Source of the DNA: Eledone cirrhosa
Taxonomy: Eukaryota
Assembly: GCA_964016885.1 (NCBI GenBank)
Contig: OZ024740.1
Location: 53,072,001 to 53,136,000, forward strand
Reading direction: 5' to 3'
DNA length: 64,000 nucleotides
The notes under the pieces are model-generated. The model saw nothing but the letters and a program-made list of their open reading frames with translations, did no database searches and was not told the DNA's origin. Each line of letters starts with the position of its first letter. Position 1 is the stretch's first letter. A program made the position numbers and the translations under genes. Shown piece after piece: positions 51,411-64,000 of this stretch.

Positions 51411-51558
51411 TTATATATATATATAATATATATGTATTTATATATAATATACATACATAAGGTAAAGTCACCAAATGCAAACAAGTATGACCTGGTAGTA
51501 TATATTGTACTCCTCCGAAACATCTAGTGTGTGAAACACATATATGTATGTATGCGTA

Positions 51559-51627
<69 letters not shown>

Positions 51628-51781
51628 ATGTATGTTTATTTATGATTACGCACTTATAAATATACACATAAACATTTACTTATGGGCATAGATACTTTGA
51701 TTATAGTAGAAAGTTTTCGTTTTGGAGTTAATATACAACAACAACAACAACAGCAACTACTACTACTACTACTACTACTAC

Positions 51782-51813
<32 letters not shown>

Positions 51814-51837
51814 AAACACAAAATACTTTAAATCCAG

Positions 51838-51883
<46 letters not shown>

Positions 51884-52323
51884 GGATTTAAAGCATTTTA
51901 TGTTTAAGCACACTGAACTATCGACCATCATATTTTGTCAAAATTAAAAGGATGAGTTCCTGGATTCTCAGAACATTCAGGTCTAGAGAAATTCATCCGA
52001 TTCTACTCTGTGTTTCTATGTTTGCCCGGTACCACCTTGAATACTGCTGTCGACAGTGTCCTTCTCAAACAACACTAAGTCTTATAAACACAGAAGCACC
52101 CCAGAGACATTACTAAATACATATGTAAATATATATCCAAAAAACAATATATATATATATATTAAAATAACAAATTAAAGTTTAAGCAAAGAATCGTTGC
52201 TTTCACCCTTAACGGGATATTCTGAAGATCCCGTTAAGGGTGAAAGCAGCGTTAGAGGGATAGATAGACAGACAGACAGATAGAGAAATAGATAGGTAGA
52301 TATATATATATATATATATATAT

Positions 52324-52378
<55 letters not shown>

Positions 52379-52699
52379 TATAGATAGATATCTTCCTATT
52401 CAAATAAACAATGTTTTTATAAGAATGATATTTAATATTGGGTCTTATGATACATTCATATTACGTACAGTTTTTACATAAATATATGTACGTATGTATG
52501 TATATATGTAACTATTTATCTATATATGTATATATAGTAATAATAATAAATTTGAAGACTAAAATCCAAAGAGGGCTCGATAAGGATAAATATATATCAA
52601 ATATATAAGAATATTTATTAAAATAACAGATTAAAGTTTAAGCAAAGAATCGTTGCTTTCAACCTTAACGGGATCTTCTGTTATATATGTACAAATACA

Positions 52700-52735
<36 letters not shown>

Positions 52736-52801
52736 GATTTTAAAACAGTTTATTTGAATAGGAAGATATCTATCTATCTATCTATCTATCACACACACAC
52801 A

Positions 52802-52915
<114 letters not shown>

Positions 52916-53002
52916 GGAGGTGAGTTTTATTGCAGTACAATAAAGCAATGCAGATATCAGATAAGAAGCACTCTACAGTTTGTGGGACTGGAGTATACAT
53001 AA

Positions 53003-53359
53003 TATATAAGATCAAAAGATGGTTAAAAGAGTTCCATGTATTTTATTATGCGCATTTCAAAAACAAATATCATCATGCAATAACATTTGTGTTTTCATCA
53101 GATAAAATAGGAAGACATGATGTGAAGGTTAAAAAAACACTTGTGGATAGTGCAGTTTTAAATCAACATATCAACATATCTACATATCAACATATGTTGA
53201 TTTAAAACTGCACTATCCACAAGTGTTTTTTAACCTTCATATCATGTCTTCCTATTTTATCTGATGAAAACACAAATGTTATTGCATGATGATATTTGTT
53301 TTTGAAATGCGCATAATAAAATACATGGAACTCATTTAACCATCTTTTGATCTTATATA
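53003..53359. mobile_element. pLTR-like fold-back (family B-like) with intact HHRs at 53039-53109 (-) and 53253-53323 (+)
   Basis: ~170-bp arms; TATTTTAT CTGATGA AAAcACAAATGTTAT-tgcatg-ATGATATTTGTtTTT GAAA TGCGCA TA ATAAAATA; palindromic stem III ATGCGCAT. Confidence 0.8.
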
Positions 53360-53440
53360 TATACATATATATATATTTATATATTAATGTATTTGTATAT
53401 ATATAACAAGTTCCCGTTAAGGCTGAAAGCAGCGATATAC

Positions 53441-53603
<163 letters not shown>

Positions 53604-53806
53604 TATATACATATATATATACATATATATATATATAAATATATATATATATACATATATATATACAAGATTCAGGACCCCGACGGCTGAGCTCCAGCCG
53701 TTTAAAGAGCTAGATCCGCTCTATATACTCACATATATATATATATACATAGATTTAAAAGACTGTTTATTTGAATAGGAATCTATCTATCTATCTATCT
53801 ATCTAT

Positions 53807-53843
<37 letters not shown>

Positions 53844-53901
53844 TAATGTATTTGTATATATATATATACACAAATACATTAATAAATATATGCATATATA
53901 G

Positions 53902-53994
<93 letters not shown>

Positions 53995-54188
53995 CATGCA
54001 TATATATATCTATATATATCTATTTATAATAATAATTGTTTCTACTTTTGGCACAAGGCCAACAAATTTCCCAGTGTATCACTGGTACTTTATTTTATCG
54101 ACACCGTAAGGATGAAAGGCTAAGTTATAATAATGATAATAAGTTGAGGGGACTAGCATATGGTTTCCCTGGTAGTACCGGTTGCATC

Positions 54189-54244
<56 letters not shown>

Positions 54245-54534
54245 TATATAAACATATATATTTCAACATATTCATATATATATGTGTCTATGTATATAAA
54301 TATGTATATAGTATGTATATAAGTATATATACATGTATACATGTAAGTGTATATATATATATATATTACCAGTGGCCAACAAATACAGGCTGGAGTTGAT
54401 ATGTGTAGACACAAGGGCAGTGTCCCAGCATGGCCTCGGCCGGATGGCTGGAACAGGTAAAAGAGTAAAAGAGTATATAGATATATATACCGAGTTTCTA
54501 CAGTGCCTGGAACTCTACAATATAAATACATATA

Positions 54535-54610
<76 letters not shown>

Positions 54611-54644
54611 CATATATGTATATATATATATATATATACATACA

Positions 54645-54719
<75 letters not shown>

Positions 54720-54767
54720 GTATGTATATATATATATCAGATTTATAGATTTATTTGAATAGGAAGA

Positions 54768-54991
<224 letters not shown>

Positions 54992-55100
54992 GTATGTATA
55001 TATATGTGTATACATGTGTGTAAAGATACATGTATCTATATCTATTTACAGGTGCATATATTTATACAGCTATATATATATATATATGTATATATACACA

Positions 55101-55166
<66 letters not shown>

Positions 55167-55193
55167 TATATATATATATACATGTATGTATAA

Positions 55194-55247
<54 letters not shown>

Positions 55248-55283
55248 GGCTGTATACATATATGCACCTGTAAATAGATATAG

Positions 55284-55335
<52 letters not shown>

Positions 55336-55336
<1 letters not shown>

Positions 55337-55501
55337 TAGATGAGATTCTACAGGACTAGAACTGTTTCATTCTTTAGATGATTTCTAAAGAATGAAACAG
55401 TTCTAGTCCTGTAGAATCTCATCTATATTAAAACTTTTATACTCTGCTATGTATTGAGTACCTTACTTACTGTGGCTACCTCCGATTCAACCCGGAATAA
55501 C
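55336..55501. mobile_element. Family E fold-back cassette (HHR cores truncated at the inversion point)
   Basis: Inverted repeat 55336-55426, then the family E 3' tail; (TA)n flanks. Confidence 0.7.
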
Positions 55502-55584
<83 letters not shown>

Positions 55585-55591
55585 TGTATAT

Positions 55592-55627
<36 letters not shown>

Positions 55628-55780
55628 GCATGTATAGATAGAAAGACATAGATATTGATAAAGAGATACATGCATAAAAGAAACGATAAAAGAAATACAT
55701 GTATACACACACGCATATAATGATATGTATATATATACGTATATATATATATATATATGCATATATACATAAATATATAC

Positions 55781-55815
<35 letters not shown>

Positions 55816-56008
55816 TACACATATACATTTATGTCTGTATATATAAATACATACAAATATATATATGTATATATTTATATATATACACACACACATACAC
55901 ACATATATGTATATACATATATGCACATATATATATATACACTTATATATAATATATAAATCACATACAAACACCACTGACTCATATATATATATATATA
56001 TAAAAACA

Positions 56009-56040
<32 letters not shown>

Positions 56041-56042
<2 letters not shown>

Positions 56043-56339
56043 CCATAATTAGCCATCGAAACGGCTCGAGCTCTGCCGTCGGGGTCATACTTGTTCCTAT
56101 ACCCACTCTACTACCCTAAGTATTGAGTACTTTGGTGCGTTATGGTCCATCTGGTTCCTTAACACATTTCCTTCGTTATATATATATATAACGAAGGATT
56201 TGTGGTAAGGAACCCGATGGACCATAACGCACCAGAGTACTCAATACTTAGTGTAGTAGAGTGGGTAATAGGAAAAAGTATTTCTAGACTGAAATATCCG
56301 TCGAAACGGCTTGAGCTCTGCCGTCGGTGTCATACTTTT

Positions 56340-56345
<6 letters not shown>
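56041..56345. mobile_element. Three family A pLTR segments (+, -, +)
   Basis: 56041-56178 (+), 56190-56280 (-) and 56283-56345 (+), homologous to 427-563. Confidence 0.7.
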
Positions 56346-56426
<81 letters not shown>

Positions 56427-56797
56427 TATATATAAATATATATATGTGCCTATCTGTGGATGTGAGTTTGCATGTGTGTGTATCTTTATCAATATATATG
56501 CCTTTCTATCTATACGTTCACGTATATATCTGTATGTAATATCCATATTTATATTTGTACATGTATATGCATCCATATAGATATATACGTGAGCGTATAG
56601 ATAGAAAGGCATAAATATTGATAAACATGCAATATCCATAATTATATTTGTTATACATAACTATACTATGTTTCGCAGATATACAAACTGTTGATGGTGT
56701 TTTACTTAACGCAAAGGAGTACACACACACAGACGCACGCACAGACTCACATATAGACACACACACACACACACACACAGACACACATATACATATG

Positions 56798-56876
<79 letters not shown>

Positions 56877-56880
56877 TTAG

Positions 56881-56937
<57 letters not shown>

Positions 56938-57160
56938 GACACACACACACACACATACGGAGTACACACAAACACAGAAACACGCACACACACTAATAGA
57001 CACACACACACGCATACACATGTATATATATATATTTATTTAGCTATATATATATATATATATATATACTTACACACACACACACACATATATATATATA
57101 ATAGAAATGTCGTCTACAGGACAAAAACTGTTTCATTCGGGAGAAAAGATCAGGAAGCCG

Positions 57161-57207
57161 CTTCCTGATGATTTCTCCAGAATGAAACAGTTCTAGTCCT
57201 GTAGAAG
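57161..57207 (+). ncRNA. Type I hammerhead (family E) in fold-back cassette 57100-57283
   Basis: CTTC CTGATGA tTTC-tcca-GAAt GAAA CAG-ttctagtc-CTG TA GAAG; the mirror copy at 57111-57157 has a mutated core; further mutated copies at 59188-59233 (-) and 60714-60768 (+). Confidence 0.8.
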
Positions 57208-57279
57208 ACATTTCTATATTAAATATTTATACTCTGCTATGATTTGAGTACCTTACTGTGGTTACCTCTGATTGAACCC

Positions 57280-57350
<71 letters not shown>

Positions 57351-57639
57351 GTGCATATATATATATATATATATATATATGCACGTGTGTGTATATATGT
57401 ATATATGCACATACATATATACACGTGTGTCTGTATAGACCGTATATACGCATGCAATACATTTATAAACCTACAAAGATAATTTACAAAATACACAAGT
57501 GGTTGGTGAATATAGACATGCAAAGATACATACACAACCAGGGAAAACACACACACATAAACATGTATATGAATAAATAAATAAATAAATAAATAAATAA
57601 ATATATGTATATATATATATATATACATATGTATATTTG

Positions 57640-57670
<31 letters not shown>

Positions 57671-57724
57671 ATATATATTTATATATTTATATATATATAT
57701 ATATATACATAGATATATATACAA

Positions 57725-57817
<93 letters not shown>

Positions 57818-57899
57818 TATGTGTACATATACATATTATATATAAATAAATAGTCCTAAATCTTTTCATATATATTCATATATATATAAATATAAATTA

Positions 57900-57950
<51 letters not shown>

Positions 57951-57956
57951 TATACA

Positions 57957-58014
<58 letters not shown>

Positions 58015-58023
58015 CATATATAC

Positions 58024-58134
<111 letters not shown>

Positions 58135-58885
58135 CAAGTAAATGAATATAATAAGGGACCTGCCTTTGCTTAGTCTGAATAGTGGCTCTCCTATATCCAT
58201 CTATGTGATTGATACACAGATGAAATTAGGAGAGGAGTCACATTTTTATATAAACAATCATGATACTTTCTGATCAACTAACTATTATAACACCCCGAGA
58301 ATATATTTTCACCTGAATCGTTGCTCCCAACTGTTTAGCGAAATGTAAATAGGAGAAAAAAAAAAAAGAAATTCGTTGCCCATTCACCAAACATACAAAA
58401 GAGTTAGCCAAGTGTTTTTATATTTTCTTTTTATTCCTACCATTTGTTCTCTTTCTATCTCACATAATTGTCCTGACGCATTTTATTATTACTATTTTTA
58501 TTATTATAGCCTTTTTCAAATAAATTATTTATTTGTTCCATCGTTAAGAAACTAAGCTATAGCAATTCCTATAGTTGTATCTAAAGTTGAAAATCAAAAG
58601 CCGCGTGATACATGTGGTGGTGGTTGCGGTGGTAGTATTACTAGTGCTCGCAAAGAAGTGTGCTAAGCGTGATTCACATGTAGTAGTCGTACAAAACAAC
58701 CACGTTTCTCCGAAAGCCTTATACTTAAAGGAATTTATATCTTTTCTTCATTGTCTTTTCAAATTAAAACATACTTCCGGCCCCTAAAACGTTTTTCATT
58801 AATTTTTTTTTTACCGCAGAGCATATAGATAATTAGGTACTCATACAAGGAAAGGAAACCTAAGTGGGTGTGTATGTGGTGTGTG

Positions 58886-58917
<32 letters not shown>

Positions 58918-58933
58918 TGTATATATGTATATA

Positions 58934-59176
<243 letters not shown>

Positions 59177-59321
59177 ATATAGATAGGCTTCTACAGGACT
59201 AGAACTGTTTCATTCGGTAGAAATCACCAGGAACTTCCTGATGATTTTAAATATTTATACTCTGCTTTGTATTGAGTACCTTACGTACTGTGGTTACCTC
59301 CGACTGAACTCAGGATAAACT

Positions 59322-59352
<31 letters not shown>

Positions 59353-59737
59353 CGAAGGAAATGTGGTAAGGAACCAGGTGGACCTCGTTCCTACATACAT
59401 ACATATATATATATGTATGTAGCAAAGGTAAACATATAGTAATATATATATATAACTTAAATGATGTGGAGAATTATATATGATAGTATCTTTAGAATAG
59501 TAGCTTTAGAATTAACTTTATGTGTTTATATATTATTGGACTGAACAAAATATTTTTTTCGCGACAAAACCTTGGAAAGGCAGACATAAACACAGAATAA
59601 ACATTATTAACAGGTGTACACATGAAAAATGATTTAAAAACTAATTTTCCATTTATATATTTTATTATATATACATATACACACACATACACACAAACAC
59701 AAACACACACATACACACACACACATATATATATAAA

Positions 59738-59793
<56 letters not shown>

Positions 59794-60009
59794 ATTATAT
59801 ATATATATATATATACATGTATATATATATATATTATATATATACTTATATATATATATATATATGGTGAATTAATCCCGTCTTTACTATTATTTCATAT
59901 ATATATCGACATACGACTAAAAAAAAAGTATACATATTTCATTATACATATATATATATATATATATATATAGATGCATATTCTACACAGAACACACATA
60001 TGCATGCAG

Positions 60010-60052
<43 letters not shown>

Positions 60053-60079
60053 CAATAACCGTATACTTATATAATCACA

Positions 60080-60460
60080 ATTTGTGTCAGATATACGAGA
60101 ACATTTCTAAAATTTTCATGTTGGTGTCCGCTAATAATCTTAACACATACGTGAATATAACATTATATACTAATTTCTGCATTATGTTATATTATTTTAT
60201 AGCTGTAGATTCTGCGTTTTTCAATATATTTTCAAATTCATCGAATGCTTTCATAAAAAATAAATCCCTGCATTTACTTTGGCATCGCGGTCTACTCAGT
60301 TTTAAAGAGCTGTCCGACTACACTAAGTAAAGAAGCATGCAGTCTCCGAAATATCTAAACTTTTTAGAACAATTTCTATTTAATTTTTTTATGGCTTTAT
60401 TCATATTAATTAATATCTTCGATCATCGCAAAATTATCCATAACCCAAACTAATTCCTAG
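60080..60460 (-). mobile_element. Possible highly degenerate DNA transposase relic (Chapaev3-like, recalled from memory)
   Basis: Minus-strand pieces DAKVNAGIYF and DEFENILKNAESTA resemble the DAKIKEGIF..FE..L...E..AW segment of that family. Confidence 0.3.
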
Positions 60461-61334
60461 ATAATTTTAGAGCTGTCTCAGTAATGAGATGGCTCTATCA
60501 GGTGAATTAATGTGACTTGTGACGATCATCCGTGTGTAGTTACATAATTGTTTGGTTTTCAGGATTTTAAATATTTTTCTAATATATTTTGTAGTTGAAC
60601 AAACAACACCTGTTGCGGTTACGCCCCGGCACACCTCGGGAATCTACATATTATCCAGCACACAAACGGCCCTTTACAACCATCGCGAGGGAATCGTGGT
60701 AACCAAATTACATTCATGATTATTTCATATCAATGAAACAATTCTAGTTCTGTAGAAGTCATTTCTATATATAAACATGTCTATTCTCTACCAACGTATT
60801 GAGTCACTTTTTTGTGGTTATCCTCTGACACAACTCTGGAATCTACATGCATGTATGTATGTATATATATGGTGGCTGCCAACTCGTTTTCGAGTACGGC
60901 CACCACTTTATATCCATGTAGGAGAACCCCTACTGATGAGCTGAACGAGTGTGACATTTTAGTCCAGCCAGAGACTTGAAAACTCTGGTACAAACACTAC
61001 ACTTGTGACAATTACTGACACATAGTGCTGGGCCCATGGTACCCTGTGATGACAAGTGCAGAGAGATCTCCAGATATAAAGCAATGCCTGTGCCGTGAAG
61101 CTTTTATAGTGAGCAAAGGCACTGCACAAAGCCAGTCCCACTCTCTTAACCAAGATGATATTTACCAAAAATAAGAACAAGTCAACATCATTGGATACCA
61201 TCAGGGTTGCAGGTGTTATATCAGAGTTTTCCTTCTCCTAGAATTCTGCCTTGACAAAGGCTAAGGGGTCATCACTCCCGGTATGTATATACATACATAC
61301 ATACATACATACATACATACATACATACATACAT

Positions 61335-61436
<102 letters not shown>

Positions 61437-61438
61437 CG

Positions 61439-61491
<53 letters not shown>

Positions 61492-61667
61492 TTTCGTATT
61501 TTACTTTGTTTTGCAAGATTTCTTATTTGAAAACGTATGTTGAAACAGATATTGTTATACTCTGGGAGGGTCATTTTGCCAAGAAAAATACACGGAAATT
61601 TATAATAAATTGAAGTGAAATCCAACAGGTGCTGGTGTTTTTATTGGCAGCATGGCCCTCCCAATAT

Positions 61668-61701
<34 letters not shown>

Positions 61702-61839
61702 CATGTCTTTGATTAGTTTGCTTACTTAATATTTTATATATATATATATATATATATTAAAGTAAAAAACAAAAAACAAAAACAATAACAAAGAGTGCAG
61801 GTATTAGGTTCACGCTTGAGAGTATTGGTGGGGTGGGGG

Positions 61840-61872
61840 ACGACGTTTCGGGCATAAGCCCTTCATCGGGAG
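61840..61872 (-). ncRNA. Degenerate minimal Penelope-type hammerhead (family J)
   Basis: Minus strand CCGATGA a GGGC-ttat-GCCC GAAA CG TC; U4C change and weak stem I; preceded on the minus strand by a pyrimidine-rich 3' UTR-like tract (61875-62300). Confidence 0.55.
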
Positions 61873-62514
61873 AAAGGTGGGAGGGAAAAGAGTTCCGAGG
61901 GTGTGAGAGGGAGTGTTAGAAAGACATTAAAAAGGGGGAAAAATTAAGAGGAAGGAAAAAAAATTAAAATGAGGGAAAAGAATTAAAATGAAAACAAGTG
62001 GTGAAAGGGTGTGAGGCGTGTGGGGGTGGTGGTGGGTGGATGGAGTGGGGGGGGGGAGGAAACAGGGGTCCGAGCGGGAAGGGCGGTAAGGTGGTGTGTG
62101 TGTGCATGTGTGTAGGTGTACGTGTGTGTATGTGTGGATGTGAGTGTGAGAGTTTGGGGAAGAACGAGATTCCACGCTCGGGTAATAGGAAAACCAGTGT
62201 GTACATGGGGTGGGGTCTAAGTCGGTGTGTGTGTGCGTGTGGATGGAGAAGGGTCGGAGAGGGTGGGGGAGAGGGGGAGTGCGGAATCCGGAGGCAGAGT
62301 AGATGTTTGTGAGGATACGCACGTGTGTGTGTGTTTTTTTTTGTGTGGTGTAGATACGTGGGAATGTATGGTTGCATGTGTGCGAAAATGGTGTAAGTGT
62401 TTGTGTGTATGTGTTTGTGTGTCGGATGGTGAAAACATCGGATGTTATCGGGTAGAATCCAAACAGAGTGACCAGCGCTGTAGGATGTGTGAGTGTGTCT
62501 GTGTGTGTGTGAGT

Positions 62515-62550
<36 letters not shown>

Positions 62551-63374
62551 TTACTATTTATTTATACATAAGTGTATGTATGCAAGTTTAAAATCACACA
62601 TATATAACACATACATATATGCATACATATATACATACATACATGCATATGTATATATGATTATATAGATATAATTACTTTAAAAGATTTATGAAAGGAC
62701 CTGCCTATGTGTAACAGCAGGCTCCTCAGTGGTTGACGATACCAATATAGGACCTAGAAACATTGTGGCAGCAGCTGTATGGGAAATTCTTTTCAGGCCA
62801 TGATCTTGCTGTGCCACGTTCCTTTCTCAGACTTTTTTTATTCCCATCACCATCCTGCAAGCATTCTCGAAGAAGGAAACAGCTTGGTGGAAGTTGTGTT
62901 ACTAGATCATACAATTAGGGAACACAACTGACAACTGGAGATGCTCATGCCCTTCTGTTACATTAGCCAGTGAAGGATTCACCACAGAGCGCAATCGTAG
63001 GCAAGTGATGATTCTCCATCAAGGAATCATCTGCCTGTACACTGTACACTGAAAATATTCATGGCGACTTAAAAGAAAACGAAGAAATCGGATGTTTCTA
63101 TCAAAGTAGAATAAAAGATAAATGGAATAAGAATGAAATATATTAAACCTTTGGCTCATTACTGTGACTAAGCAAGTGCAACGCGTATTTTACGTCGGCT
63201 ATTTGCTGTCTACAACGAATATTTTTGTCCAGCGCTCTGCCGGTCTTTCCAGCCATTTTTAGTAATTAATAAACCTGTACAGTATATTTCAATAATAGTA
63301 CATATTTATAACAGACACACGGTAAATAATTCCTTTATCGTCCCCAATATTTGTGTAGTATTTTATTTTATCGA

Positions 63375-63655
63375 TTCTGGAATTGAGAGATCACAGCTCC
63401 GATAATATGGGCATGTGGTGAGAATGTCTCAGGAAGAGTCGCTGGACAGATTTTACGAGCAAAAACAACCGGAAGGAGACACAGGGGTAGACCCCGAGCA
63501 AGATGGTTGGATAACATCCAAGAGCGTGGCTGGTCTCGCTTGGGGATCCAGCCGGATAGTTGGAGACGGTTGCTTCTGACAGGAACCGCTGGAAGGAGTG
63601 TTTGAGGACTCTGCTCTCGTGACCCTCCCAAGAATGAGTTGGCGAAGAAGTAAAA
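63375..63655 (+). mobile_element. RTE (Expander/Rex3-like) LINE 3' fragment
   Basis: IERSQLR*YGHVVRM..GRRHRGRPRARWLDNIQERGWSRLGIQP. Confidence 0.8.
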
Positions 63656-64000
63656 TAAGAAGAATATCCTGGAATGATGAAATGCAAATAAAGCCTTATA
63701 GGGGTTTGATCTTAGATCGTAAACAACCTATAAAAATAACACAAAATGTCCTATCTAATGCTCTAACGATTACGCCAGTTCATGTCCTCTCAAAATTTAC
63801 TTATGTATCTGTTTCCAACCCTTTTAACCATTCCCAAGAAATGTATTATCAGAAGGTTTGTTTTGTGTTAATAACCAAAACCCGGTTATATCTATTTAAA
63901 TAATTTCTTCATTTATTTGTGAGATACCTCATCGTCTGTTAGAACGGATACTTCATTCATTCATATATATATATATTAGAAAGTGAGGTTTTTTTTACAA

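Noticed and set aside
62700-63060. Possible host exon or GIY-YIG fragment (..VSRSYIG..)
   Set aside because: Short ORF, no convincing motif spacing or splice-site pair.

Overview
AT-rich, microsatellite-saturated animal DNA. The SINE types and repeat landscape resemble coleoid cephalopods such as Octopus (inference). I found no host protein-coding exon; most predicted ORFs are translations of (TA)n, (CA)n or (TATG)n. Contents: (1) a Tx1/L1-clade LINE family, with one full-length frameshifted copy (33384-39112 +), one deleted copy facing the other way (21617-26637 -) and three fragments; every intact 3' end and two 5' junctions abut (TCTA)n. (2) RTE and R4/Dong LINE relics, many tRNA-derived SINEs, several MITEs, and 37-bp and 51-bp minisatellites. 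(3) A Penelope-like element with a GIY-YIG endonuclease (about 31.0-32.5 kb). (4) Most notably, a dense set of type I hammerhead ribozyme (HHR) motifs read by eye: about 15-20 with traceable topology plus many partial copies, in about 9 sequence families. They lie in short non-coding Penelope pLTR-like cassettes, mostly at (TA)n tracts and often as fold-back inverted repeats. These show U3-A8 covariant cores, U-U at the base of stem II, palindromic stem III, CCAAT/TATA upstream and a shared ACTC..GAGTRC hairpin downstream. One 522-bp unit with terminal direct repeats looks retrozyme-like. Folds and family names come from visual inspection only; relic coordinates are approximate.
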